Part shown: one piece after another, positions 12,525 to 26,800 of the stretch
Numbering within the stretch: the stretch's first letter is position 1
Layout: each line of letters starts with the position of its first letter
Source of the DNA: Lingula anatina
Taxonomy: Eukaryota; Animalia; Brachiopoda
Assembly: GCA_051362555.1 (NCBI GenBank)
Contig: CM120648.1
Span: 16,736,587 to 16,800,586 of the forward strand
Direction of reading: 5' to 3'
DNA length: 64,000 nt
Notes under the pieces: generated by a model
The model's database searches: none
Seen by the model: only the letters and a program-made list of their open reading frames with translations
Told to the model about the DNA's origin: nothing
Made by a program: the position numbers and the translations under genes

Positions 12525-12848
12525 AACTGTAATGTCTTTTTATTAACTGATGAAGAATAAAATAGTTACAGATAACACATAAAGTGTAAAAACGGGTTGA
12601 CCTATTGTCTTCAAACTTTAAGGGGTGATCAATGTGACTAATTCAGCTCAAGTTTGAGAAAAAAGCCCGATTAGATTATTAATACCTTTGTTGTCATGCA
12701 TTTTTTTAATGTTCACTTTTTACATATTGGCAATTTTAAGAATTCCATGTGTCTGAACACCTTTGCTGATCACATATTCCATTTATCTGTGTTACCTGCA
12801 GTGCATAATTAAAATTTGCTTGTGATTATGGTGGTATAAGCACTATGT

Positions 12849-13805
12849 ACAAAGCAGCAAAGCTGTCAAATGTACAGATAAAATACAGAACTTAACAATG
12901 CACAAAATAGGCTACTGTCAATTCTGATGCAAAAGTACATTACATTTATCTGTAAATTCAACATCAAATTTTAATTATGCTCAACAGGTAATACCTATGT
13001 AAGTAAAATGTGGGGTTCGAGTAAAATATGGGGGTTCAAGTTAATACTTTGAAAATGCCAGAATGAGAAAAATGAAAATTTCATAAATAAATTGCATAAA
13101 TTCAATAATAAATGATAACCCAATTGAGTTGGCTTCCTAATTTGAATTGCATGCCAATCCTAAAAAATCATACTTTTAAGTTAAAAATAATAAAAAGTAA
13201 CACAGTTTTCTTTTCATAATGTTTGTAGTAGCAGTGCAAAAAGATTTCATCAATTTTGATGTAACATTACATTATAAATTACAGAATAATTATCACCAAT
13301 TTTTGATTATTGACTATAAATAGCATGAACATGTAGAAAATTTGATTACCATCCGGCTTCATGTCCATGAGAGCTCCGAGTCAAAACGATAACGATAGAA
13401 ATATGCCAAAACAATAAAAATGAATATTTCACTAAAATGTATAACTTCCAGAAAAAGAAGCCAATTAGACCAGTTTTTCGAATTCGTCTGCAAACCTTTT
13501 TGAAAGTTTGACAGTTATAAGTAACAGGGTTTTCCCATAATGATCATCATGGCAGCAGCACCCAATATTGTGTTTTCTTCTATTTTGATACAATATTACA
13601 TAATGCTTAACAGCAAAATGACCATCAATTTTTAATAATAAAATATTAGTATCAATGGATAATAAGAAAATGTGACTAGCAAAGGTTTTCAGGCCCATGG
13701 AGCTTCAAAGTTACACCTTGAAAATGCCAAAATGTAAACATAACAGCACTGTTCTGAAATGGTTTTTTCCCATTTTTAACAATTTTTTAACAAAAAACAA
13801 TTTAC
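12849..13805. mobile_element. Helentron-type repeat family A, partial copy
   Basis: Starts acaaagcagcaaagctgtcaaatgtacag, shared with the copies at 44572, 45433 and 60080. Confidence 0.6.
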
Positions 13806-14828
13806 AACTAGAGGACCAGAGAGGCGATACCACCTCCGGATATTGTACCACCAGATGTAGTAAGCGCATACATATGGACCCCCCCCCCCTCCAAAAAGGG
13901 GCACCATCACCAGTCTTGTGCTTGACAAGCTCTATAAAATGCAATCAACAAGAGTTCTCAAAATATGCAATATATATATATATATATAACTAAAAATGGT
14001 ACAATCAAGCAGATTTTTGAATTGACTTGCATTTTTCTACCATTGATCACTCCTGTGATTCTCTAGACAAAAGGCCTATTGGTTTTTCTTGAAATGTGTT
14101 GTCAGTGGTGCATATATGCTGACAAAAGAGAAAACCTGGGGGCAACAATGGGCACATCTCTGCAAGTTTAGAAGATATGGAGCAAGAAAATATGCAAAGC
14201 TCAGTTCATGGTGAAAAAGTAGGTCAAAGGTCAATACCAATATCATAGTATATGAATTTCTATTCAAGTTCAATAGTAACTATGGACCTATCTCTGCCAG
14301 TTTTGGAGATAAAAGGGACTAAATGTTATAATTTTGGAGTTACAATAATGTGCCATAAATTTACTACAGAAAAAATTAATTAAAATAAAGAAAAGGTCAT
14401 TTTGGTCAAAATTCTTGAAATGGGAGGTGCTCTGTAGTTCCAGATGTTCAAATTTGATGAAATAATGTCATTTTTGACCACAAGTTGTCTGCTTTACCAA
14501 TCTTTATGTATTATTTTTCCAGGGTTCAAAATTTATTATCCATTACCGTACTGAACATTTTGCTTTCACCACCAATATGTACTTTTTGATACAGCGTAAC
14601 TTGAAAACCGTATTGAATACAAAAAAAACGGAGACCACAATCAGTGTTGGGCTCTACATGCTCTACAAAATTCAAGAAAGAATGGGTCTCTAGCATTACC
14701 GGTTCCCGAATTAGAGACAATTTTCAGATTCGGTATCTTATGGACACTTCTCCCGTGAAAATGCACCAATTGACCTCAAATTCACGGAGATGAAATATGA
14801 CCCCAAGGGTAACACTTTCCAATAATAT
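13806..14828. mobile_element. Helentron-type repeat family B, truncated copy ending ~20 bp from the HECT stop codon
   Basis: Starts aactagaggaccagagaggcgat and is collinear with 55273-57990 once the RTEX insertion there is removed. Confidence 0.6.
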
Positions 14829-14847
14829 TTTGATTCGTTCAAAAATC

Positions 14848-17800
14848 CTAGTTCATGCCAAAATAGGCCGAACAAAAAGCCATGTCAAACTTTCTGTATA
14901 GATAGGTAGCTTCATATGGCATTTTGACCCTTGGTAATATAAGCTTGTTGAGACATGTATGGGCAGTTGGAAAATCCCCTGGACAATCTCCAAACGTAAT
15001 TTCTGGCTTTAGATGGAATCCAGTTGCAGGTATATGTGAAGAACCTGTTGTAAATTTCAAGATGCTCTCCATTGTAATGTACACTTCGTCCACTTTTCTT
15101 GGTGCACCTAGAAGATAAATTAAAAAATACCAAAAAGTGTGCTTTATGTAATCTCCTTAATGGCCTATCAATTAGGCAAATTACTTTATAAATCAGAAAT
15201 TAGCTAAGTGATACCCAAGGGATATTAACAGACTGACATTCTCAAAGGTCTTTCAGGCCCATAAGTCACATCTTAAGAAAAGCACAAAACAATAATGCAC
15301 AAAATAGGAGACTACCAATTCTGATGCAATAATACATTGTTTTACTGCACAGTCAACATGAAATTTTAATTATGCACAACAGGTAACAACGACGAAAGTA
15401 AAAGCATAAGGCTTCAGGCCCATCAGAGTTCAAGTTTATACTAAGAAAGTGCTAGAATGAGAAAAATGAAAATTTCACACAAAATTGCATAAATTCAATA
15501 ATAAATGATAACCCAATTGAGTTGCCTTCCTAATTTGAACTGCATGCCAATCCTAAAAATCATACTTGTAAGTTAAAAATAATAATAAGTAACACATTTT
15601 TCTTTTCATAATGTTTGCAGTAGCAATGCAAAAATATTGTTGTCAATTTTGATGTAACATTACATAATAAATTATAGAACAATTATCACCAATTTTTGAT
15701 TATTGACAATAAATAGCACGGACATGTAGAAAATTTGATTACCATTCAGCTACATGTCCATGGGAGCTCCAAGTCCCACAGTGAATATGCCAAAAGGCTA
15801 ATGAATATTTCACTAAAATGTATAACTTCCAGAAAAAGAAGCCAATTAGACTGCTTTTCCAACTCATTCTGCATTTTAGTCCTGTTTTTCCTTTTTAAAG
15901 GTTTGACAGTCATAACGCGGTTTTCCAATTATGGTCATCATGGCAGCAGTACCAAAAATGTGTTTTCTTCTATTTTGATGCAACATTACATAATGCTTAA
16001 CAGCATAATGACCATCAATTTTTAATAATAGAATAGGGGAGAGCGGGGTTGGTTGGAACAGTTTTCACCTTTTTTGCGATATCTCAGCAGTCAAAGCTTT
16101 GGGGACAAAAATAAAAAATCTGATAGGGGAAAATTATATGCCGCACTCATCTATGAAATAAAACATCAAGTAGGTCTTTTTATTTTAGAGTAATAAATGC
16201 TCAAAGTTGCCTCCTAAAACGTTCCATCTCACCCCACCTGCGGGGTAAGTTGGAACAGGCAGTGGGGTGAGTTGGAACAAGAGGGCGAGTTGGAACGCTT
16301 GCATATAAATTCAAAGTATAATTCATTTTAAGAGTAGGTTTATCTATATTAATTTCCCAACAAGTGCGTGTTACTTTGTATTCGTATCTACATAGTTTGT
16401 TAGCATTTTTTACGTTTACAATTCCCTTTTAAATAGTCTTTTCGATGTATAAACCATATCCAGGTACACGTCATTTCATAATGATAACAAAAGTGGTGTA
16501 GTTTAAGAGAAAAGAAATTGAACTCACATAACTCAACCTATCAACAACAGTATGTTAGACCTACAAATGAAAACTGTATCTCTTTCAACTCAACAACTCA
16601 GAATCAAAATCGCAGTTCTGACATACTCAGTATGTACACTTGGTCAACCTTAGTACAGTCTTCATGTGACCACTTTAGACAAACAATGCATTTAACCCAT
16701 TTCTCTTTTGGTCGGCTGTTAATGAACGGCTCCCCACAAACCAGAGATGGCCACTCTTCTTCTGACTCAGAATCGTTGGTCATCTTTAATTTCCTTTTTC
16801 TTGATTTTCTCTATCGACTAGAAATCTTTAACTGTTTTTTATTTTTGTTGCGCTTGTCCTTTTTAATTTTGTTGGGCTTGGCCTTTTCTTTTTCGAGTAG
16901 CTCATTTTCAGGTGTGTCAGTTAGTACTGCACTGCATCGTTTTCTTCTTTTAATCTTTGGACTGCGACGGTGAGCCTTTGGAACCAGTCTAATTATTGCT
17001 GGACTTGAGCTGTTTTGGGCTTTTCTTAAGTGCGCTTTAGACCCCATTTCCAGAGATTAGATCGATCTACTTTAGATCGACCTAACTCCCTGGGGGTTCA
17101 CGCTAAATAGCTGTCAGCCGAGCGGACACCAAAGTTAATTACCCCCTTACAGCTTGTAGTAGGCGGGACGGACATTTAAGCCGGATTATCTGACAGTAAT
17201 CTAGTGACAGTAATCTAGATCGATCTAAAAGCCTTAGTGTGCTGTAGCACCTCTTCCGGTGAGGGCAACTGAGATTTCAACTGAATCTATGCCTAAGTTA
17301 CGAGGTGAATGTTTGTCTTTTCTGGCGGATTTTGTGCCCTCGTTCACTAAACATTAACAGCAACCCCCAACCCATTACACAAAGCATCTAAAACAATATC
17401 GGCAGAATTGGTGTTGTATAGTTTATCCATAACATAGGCTCTCAGCTAGAATATTTTCATTTTGCCGCGAAAAGCAGAGTAATAATCGACATTTCCTTCC
17501 ACATCTTAAAGCAATTTATCGCAAAAAGCAACAGTGGGCATGCAGACAATTTTCGACCAAACAGCTAGCAACTGCATGTAACAAGCAGTGACCATCCCCC
17601 CTTGTATCTTCTACACGCATGTACATTCCGGCATCTTGGAGATGTTCTATCAGCTAGATTTCGTCTCCAGTTGGAGTTGTACTGGGTTACTACGTTACTA
17701 CTCTCTTCAAAGTTGAAATTAAAACATTTAGAGAGGTTTAAAAAAATGAAAAACACCGTGCGGGGTGGGTTGGAACACCCCTGACAGTGTTCCAACTGGC

Positions 17801-20800
17801 CCCATGTCAAATGTTCCGACCAGCCCCCATGACGTCATGGCCTACTTATGACACTGTATTTCTTGAACACGTGGGAAGTGATTAAAAAAAACAACAGCTT
17901 TTTGAACATCAAGGTGGTCCTAAACGCTTTGCACAATTTCAGTGATATAATCCTTATACTTTAGTTTACAGCACGATGAATGTCAAAAATATGAAAACTT
18001 ACTTCGAGTAGCGAAAATAAGTTTTTTTCGCATAAAACTTTTAATGCATTTTCGAAACTTCCACAAGTTTACCAGATGAATGACCATGCCACGTGACATT
18101 TTTATGCTGAAGGAGCACATGATCGGTCTTGTGATTTAAGAAATAAAGCCAATGTTCCAACTTACCCGCGTTCCAACCCACCCCGCTCTCCCCTATTAGT
18201 AACATGGACATTCAGAAAACGTGACAAGCAAAGGTCTTCAGGATCATGGAACTTCAAAGTAACACCTTGAAAATGCCAATATGTGAAAAATTAAATTTTC
18301 ACAAAAAACTGTTTAACTGCCAGAAAAAATTACCAAACAGACTGCATTGCCTGATGAAGCTGTATTTTAGCCCCATGTTTCTTTCCTGTAAGTTTGAAAA
18401 CATTAAGTGACATGGTTTTTCTTAAATGGTCATCATGGGAGCAGTGTCCAAAATAGGGGTTTCTTCAAATTTTGATGCAATATTACATAATGTTTAACAG
18501 CATAATGGCCATCAATTTTTAATCATAAAATATTTGTATCATGGATATTCAGAAAATGTGACTAGCAAAGGTCTGCAGGCTCATGGAACTTCAAAGTCAC
18601 ATCTTAAAAATGCGAAAATGTAAACTAGACAGCACTGTTCTGAAATGGGTTTATTTCCATTTTTAACATTTTTTAACATAAAACAAAATAAACAGTTTGT
18701 TGCCATTTTTATATAGCCAACTAAGAAAATTGATGAGATGGGAAAATATCAATAGAACAGTGTTAAATGTCCAATTTCCCCCATTCTGAGATTCTGAACA
18801 TAGTGGATGATTGAATCTGACAAACTGCAATGATATGAGTTTATTTCCATATTTGACACTTTATTACACAATACACGATAACAAGTTTACCATCATTTTT
18901 ACATAATCAATTAACAATGTTGTAAAGATGCAGGAAATATCAAACAAACACTTTTACGTATCTTATTACTTAAATAATGAGACTGTTAACATGCGTAAGA
19001 ATTGAATCTGAGGAAATGTGAAAAACAGCATAACTTCTAAAATAAAGGCCCGATTATGCTGATTTTCAAACTCAACCTGGGTTTTGGTTAGTTAGACTAC
19101 TCCTGTGAGTATAATGACAATTGGCCTATCTGTTTTTCTTATATTGTGTTATCAGTGTTGCATATATGTTGCAAAAAAGTGAAAAAACAGCATAACTTCC
19201 CTAAAAATGGCCCGATCATGCTGATTTTTGAACTTGACCTGCGTATTATGAATATTCATCAGTTATCGCTGAGTGCACAGCGACGACGGCAACGAAAGAC
19301 GCAGGTGATGGCTATATGTACAGATACATCTGTGTCTGTACATAAAAAGTGACACGTTAGGCTACAGAGCAACTGATTTGGTTTAACAAGCCTTGAATGT
19401 ATCCGACCACTAGAAAAAGCACTGCTATAAAGTAACATGTATGTACACCTAGACTGAATAATTTGCAATTTACCCATAATTTAACTAGAGGGCACATTAT
19501 AATAATTTAAAGAATTCAAAGTTTTATCTTATAATAGCCCTGTTGAGGTGTACATAAAATCAAACTATTACAGATCCTTTATCACTTTCATAATCATGAA
19601 GTTTGCTTAAACTTGTCCATTTGCTTTTATTGGTTGTTTCTCATTTATTGCCACAGGACACTAATGTCTCATATCACCAAGTTTTTTCTATAAATAGACA
19701 GAGGTCAATTTATATGATAATGATTACAGAGGTGACACCACTGGGTGTCATGTACATTCAGTAAGAGGATTTTTGAAACATGTTTATATCTTTCCTTTTC
19801 ACCGTACCTTGAATGAGTTTCAGATAGTCTGTAAAGTGACGAATCACAAGTAATTCACCATCTTTTTTCTCCGTGTCTTCACTATATGTAGTCCTGAATA
19901 CTGACATCATTTTTCCAGCAGTGAATTTAAATTCAGCTCTATGCAACAAGTGTCGAATACATGGCCTTGCGGCAATCAACTGAAATTTTAAAACGATAAA
20001 TTTACCACAAATAAATATCAATGCATGTATATAAATTGTGGGAGACAGTGGTCTGTATCAAAGGCATCAAACTCCTCAGTATGAAAATATGGCAAAGCTT
20101 ATGATGATGTAAACTGCAATTTGGGACAGAAAGGTATAATTTGAATAACAGCCTTAGAATTATAATCACCTGTATTATCCCACACATTTTTAACCCAACA
20201 AGGACCTCCTTAAGTGAGTCATCTGAACAGTCTTCTGTTGCTAGATTAAACACCACGTCTTCACTGAGGAAATCTGGTGATGGTCCTCCCTGTAGAATGG
20301 AAAGTCCTAAAAGAAAAATTAATGAGATCAGGTTTCATGTTTTAATGAATAAGGCTTAGGATTATTAAATAATTGTGAGCAGTTTGGACTCTTTTTCTCA
20401 AATACCACTTGTCAATTATGAAATAATTTTATGCCACTGACTTACCTATAAGAATACCTACTGCACGAAAGATTGATGGTTGTACAACAGTAGAATCTCT
20501 AATTGGTTCACCATTATTAAACAATTTCTTTCCAACTTCATTGAGAAGCAATTCGAAGAATTCCCTCCTCGGTCCCCCAAAATCTAAAGCCTCTTCACCA
20601 AGGAAAGTGACATTGAGTGGCAGCCGAGTTGGATAACCAGGCAGGCAGAAGTCTCTCAAACCATCATCAAAGATATGATTTCGCCTGATAAATAAATCTT
20701 GAGTATCTCCTTCAACAGTATCTGATTCTGAAGCAAGATCTAGGGGTCTACCTATAATGAAATGCTCCTTGAACACTGCCAAAATTGACTTTGTGTCATC

Positions 20801-23800
20801 AGTATCAGGTCTGAAATTATACATGAGGGCAATGTGATAGATTTTTACAGAATAAATGACTGAGACTTTTCTGTCTCGGTGATTGCATATGTTGATAGCT
20901 TAAAGCTAACCATGATAAATAGCAGACATATACATAACAAGAAGAATTTACTGCATAAAACAAAAAACAACCTATCACTGATGATTACTGATGCAGACAC
21001 AAGTGCTTCATTTGAATTTTATAGGCACATGCTACCAGAAAATAAATAAATGCTTATGTTTTACTTACAGGAGAGGCTTGATGTTGGAAGTTATCTCATC
21101 TGCTATTGCAATTGTATTTCTAATATCTTCATGCTGCTCAAAGTCTATTTCTTCTGAGTTAATATTTCTACCAACATCATGTATTTCCTACAATGTAATG
21201 ATATTGATAAGATATTACCAGGAAACTTGATACAATATCAAAACCACATACCAGAAGAAGAGCAGGGTCTTGAAATTTATCTTACAACTAAAAGATTCTT
21301 TAAATTCCTAAATTACATTCTGTAGTAATAATTGATGTTACACATATTTTTATGGAATGAAAAATTAAACCAAATTTCTTTTCGAATTTAGTCGAAATTG
21401 ATGAATTTACAAATTACATGAAGAAACCAGACATTGGCAACAATAAAAGCATAAAAATTGTTTCTTTGCTTTTCACTGAAAACATTATAACATATTAAAT
21501 ATATAGAGATTGTTTTTTTTTTCACTCATTTTCTAATGTAGAATAAGTTCACAGAAGCCATCTTACCAAATCTGGTAGACTATCACTAACAGCATCAGAT
21601 ACATCATTTCCTACCTGAAATTAATTTGAAGACAACAAACTGTCATTCATGTTACAATTTTATAAGTCATGGTAAAAATTATATATTGAATGCTTAGCCC
21701 AAATATGTCTGCATGGTGAAAAATTATATAATTAATGCTTACCCCAAATATGTCTGGTTCATCATCTTCATCAGAACTAACAGTGACAGGTGTCTCCTTA
21801 ACAAAGAGAAAGGAAAAAAGGTGTACATAGATGACATATATTATACAGGTATATCAGGAATAATAATAATAATAATAATTGAAATGGCCTACAAAACCAC
21901 AACAATAGGACTCAATGCTTACTTGGAGATGACTCAAGACGATCTGTTGAAACCGGTTCTCCAGCATTAGAGAAGCAAGAAACTCTACTCTGTGTCATGG
22001 GAGGCTCAGAAGTTCATACAAGAATTAAACTACTATGAAAGACCAGGAACAAGCCACAAACTTTGCAAAGAGAACCAAACAAGCAGCAAAAGAATGTGGT
22101 CTGAAGAAAATGACAGAAAAATGGGAAGAAAAAACGATGCATGGACAATGCCCCAACAGAATCAAGAAAGCCGATGTGGAACAAGAACAGACACATCAGT
22201 GGCTACAAAGTGCTGGCTTGAAGGCTGAGACTGAAGGAATGATGATCGCTGCACAAGATCAGAGTCTAGCAACACGATCCTACCATCACCGCATCATTAA
22301 CGATGAAACAGACCATAACTGTCGCATCTGTAATTAATTCAAGGAGACTATCGATCATATAGTCTCAGGCTGCCTGTCCCTTGCAAGATCAGAATACATC
22401 CAACGACACGACAAGGCGGCAAGCGATACCCACTGTAAAATATTCAAGCATCACCAACTCCCAGCAGCAGAAAAGTGGTATGATCATCAACCACAGACAG
22501 TGACAGAGAATAAAAACATCACAGTACTCTGGGACATGCCTGTGAACACAGACAGAGAAATTCTTGCAAATAGGCCAGACATCATCATTAAAAACAAACA
22601 AGAAAAGTCATGCATCATGATTGACATGACAGTCCCATCTGAACGAAACGTATCCATCAAGGAAGAAGAGAAGCTCTCTAAATATAAAGATCTGGAAACT
22701 GAGGTGTCTAGAATGTGGGGTATGAAGACGACCACAGTACCTGTTGTAGTTGGAGCACTGGGCCTTATCAAGAAAGGACTGGATAGGCAGGTCCAGCAAA
22801 TACCAGGAAGCCCAAATGTCCGAGAGCTGCAGAAAATAGTCTTGCTTGGTAGTGCGCATATCATCTCATGAACACTAAAATCGCCTCAGAGTCATGGTAT
22901 GACTCCGGCATCTTAGTAATTGCCAAAGGTTACAGGAATCATCACATAATAATAATATTTGTTAAGATAACAACCAAAAGGTTGAGGATAGCATAAAATG
23001 TACAAAATCCATGTTACAATATTTATGTAAGATATAAATTATGCAATAAGATAATGTATCCACATATAAATAAAAATTAAAATAAGAAGCACAGACATCT
23101 AAAAGTTTGGATAAGAGTAACTGAATAAAGTGAAGTACAATTTAATAAAAACCAAAATGAGTTCAGGTTTCTCATTTTTTTCATATTGAATTGTCAGAAT
23201 GATTTTCACAGATTTTTACCTCTTTTCTTGGACACCTTGCAGCATGTGATCTTATTGTACCAGCTGGAAACATCTTGAAACAATGCAGACATTTTATTTC
23301 TTGTTTATTTTCCATCCCCAAATTGTCAACCTTCAGAGGTAGGCTTTTCTGCATGGGTCTAACATAGATTCTTCCAGACGTGGTAAGGCCTGCTAAAAAT
23401 GAGACATCACAGGACCCAGTACACTTAACACTCAGAGATCCCCTACTCCCTCCAACACTGGTGAGAATATCAAACCCACCACAATCTTCTAATAAAGGAT
23501 ATGCTCTGAAAGAGGAAAGAGACAGAAATTATGAGACAATAAATAATAATTGCTTAAAATCACTGAGATTGTTCTATCTTCAAAGATGTACATTGGCTCT
23601 CTAGTTTATCATGGTCCAATATAACCTTTTTAGGTTTTTCTATGTTAATTTGAACTGACTTCAAGGCCCTGTATTGTTTGAGTGAACTACTTTCAGCTAC
23701 AGCAGCTATCACCTTTTACATTGGCAGAAGTAAATATTGATTCAAGACTTTTTAGAAAAAAATTTAGGCCTATTTCATTACCTATATATTACTTCTGATA

Positions 23801-26800
23801 CATGGTCAGATAGACCCGACTTCCTGAATTCTAACTTTTTGACCCCCAAACCATTTAATTCTAAAATTCGCCTCTCTTCAGCATCTGGAGCACCCTCTTG
23901 ATCCTTGTCAGCCAAGGCACAGATATTCTTTTTAATATACTTCTCATGGCTTTGAGCTGAAAGATTAAGAAACATGCTAATCTCTAATGTAAGACCCTAT
24001 TTCCAGAGATTAGATCAATCTACTTTAGATCGACCAAACTCCCTGGGGGTTCACGCTAAATAGCTGTCAGCCGGTCGGACACGAAAGTTAATTACCCCCT
24101 TTCAGCTTGTAGTAGGTGAGACGGACATTTAAGCCGGATTATCTAACAGTAATCTGGTGAGACTCCCCACGGGGATAGATCTATCTAAAAGCTCTGGGAA
24201 TACAGCCTAAAAGAAGGTAATTATGTCTAGTAATTTTTTGTATAAGTCATTTTATTAGCAAAATCAAGTTAGCTGAAAAAATAATTAAAAGAAAAAATTT
24301 CTAGGTCTCAAAAAGAAATATTTCAATAGAAGTGTGTATAATTATTTGAGAAGAATCTAAAGAACCATCTCCTCAAAATGTTGGTGAAGAATTTCATGTA
24401 GGCTTACTCTAGGGTACTACATACCTAGGCCTACATACATAGTGTTTTTCTATAAAGTTTTGCCAGACAACTACATGTAGGTAATAGCTGAACTAATAAT
24501 AGATTATATTTTACTTACATGCACTCTTAGGTAGTTTTTTGGAATGACGTGCGTAGGGGTGAAACCTCGGAAATGTTCTGTCTATAGCCTATATTAAAAA
24601 TGAAAAGACCACATTATAACACTGAAGACTGATTGATAAAAGTGAGAGCAGCATTTACTTTTTATCCTCATTAGGCCCCTAGTCGAAATCGAAACTGTTT
24701 TTGAAAACTCAATACTATATTTACCTAATAAATAAAGACAAAGCAAACATGAAAAGGGAGGCAATAAAATTAATGTCAAGTGGCTGGCGTGGGCCATGGC
24801 TAAGGGTAGGGCTAAACAAAATAATAATAATGAGCCTAAACTTAAAATAAACAGGTAAATAAAAAGCAAAGGCCCTTAATTATTATGCAAATTATAGCCA
24901 AAATTTAAAATGCCAAATCAGCAACAGCTACTTTATATCATCGTGAATATTAGGCCTATTAATATCATAGATGTTAATAATATACACCATTTATCATCAT
25001 GTCTGATTATTATTATTATTATATATTCAGGGCTCGACATTAGCGCCTGTCCAGGACAGGTAAAAATTCAGTTCGGACAGGTGAAGTTGCAGGGTTGGCT
25101 GTCCAACGGACAGGTCATGATTTATGACAAATTTGGAGCAAAAAGTCTTTTTTAAATTCATTCTTACATGCATACTGACGTCTTTTTGTCTCTTCCTATA
25201 CGGTGCTGAAAATAAGTGACCTACTTTTGGAACAAAACACATGAAGTCGGAAAACGAAGTCTGAGCAAACTTACCGCCAAATTATAAAAGTGAACACCCT
25301 CCAGAACTTCACAAGACAAAATTTATTCACATAACAGGCTCACTACTGAATATTTATTTGGTTATAAATCCACGTGCTCCAGAGATAAATACCGCTCCAA
25401 AAACGGAAACTACACAAGTACTGTGCTGGGTACAACAGCTAGATTGAACTGGATAAACCAGATATATCTAGTTTGTTGTCAAGGCAACATACTACCTGTC
25501 AATCAAATACATTGTGTGCTATCTACTCACTATAGAATGTGAAGTCTTTGGGACTGAAGATCTTGTTCAAATATTGTTTATTTGCCAAAATATAACCTCA
25601 AGTTTTGTATGATGTTTTTTATTTAATGACTTTAACATCACCTATACCATTTACAGTTAAAAATTAGTGCTGGAATATGATAAATTCACACTGCTGTCAT
25701 ATACCAGTGTGATATTGATGTAAGGAGAAAATGAGAAACAACAAATATGAGAATTTAAATAAAAAGGGGAACTTTTTTATACTGATTTTATTTAACTCGT
25801 ATATTTAAAAAACACATGATAACCCCTAAAAAGTTGAATTGTTAACATAAATGTAAGTTAAGTATTTTAAAATGAATATTCTTTCATTTTTCATTGAACT
25901 TTATTCAAATATTATAAATTTTAAATATTTTAATAAAATTGATCTAACAGTACCCCCCCCCCCCCCCTACCTGCTGCTCAGGGTATTTTTTAAGCTTTGG
26001 TTAAACTTCATGTGAATTTGTTATCAAATTGAAGATTTACAATTAGTAGACCCTGTACCCAAAATCCTAGGAGAAGCCCTGCTTGAAACTATGTTAAATC
26101 AGACTTATATGCAAGATTAAGTCTTCAGGAGTTCACAAGTATGAAATAACAGCTTTTTATCTGAAAATAAATCCACTTTAAGGTGCATTTTCCAGCTCAT
26201 ATGATTGAATGTCTTGGTAATAAATGCATTGAATGTATGACTACACATATTTATTTACAAAGTTCAGTGGTATGAATAGAAAATAAATTATTGGTTTTGT
26301 TGGACAGGTTGGATTGAAATCGGACAGGTAAAATTTATGAGCGCCTGTCCGAAGTTAGTGTCTAACCCTACATGACCATGTCTATGTACACTGATACTGC
26401 CTTAGCTATTAGTCCTATATATGCCTATATCTATAACCTAAAATATATAGGCCTAATAATATAATAATTAATTAATCTAATCTAATTATTAGGGTCGATG
26501 ATAATAAAAACAGAAGGCCAAACCCAGGCCTAGTGGGCTACTTACCATAGCACTACTTGTAGGAGTTGGCCTGTTATCAGACACAGCAGTAGATGTAAAG
26601 GGTCGCCGTTGGCATTGTTGGTCAGCTGGCAGTGGCAGGGTCGAGGCGGGGGTGTTCTCCGAACAAGATCGAGGAGGGGGTGTCCTCCGAGTCTGGCTCT
26701 GCGTCTGAAAAATGCGTCGGTGCTCTGCTAAAATCACCCCTGGCGTCGATTGTTGAGCACCGTTGGTGTTGTTATCGTCGGCTCTGACAAAGTCACCCAA

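Larger units (their letters stand above)
15240..19345. mobile_element. Helentron-type repeat family A copy in the last HECT intron (interrupted by a pogo element)
   Basis: Collinear with 60080-61879. Ends in the hairpin tgtacagatacatctgtgtctgtaca at 19317-19342. Confidence 0.6.
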
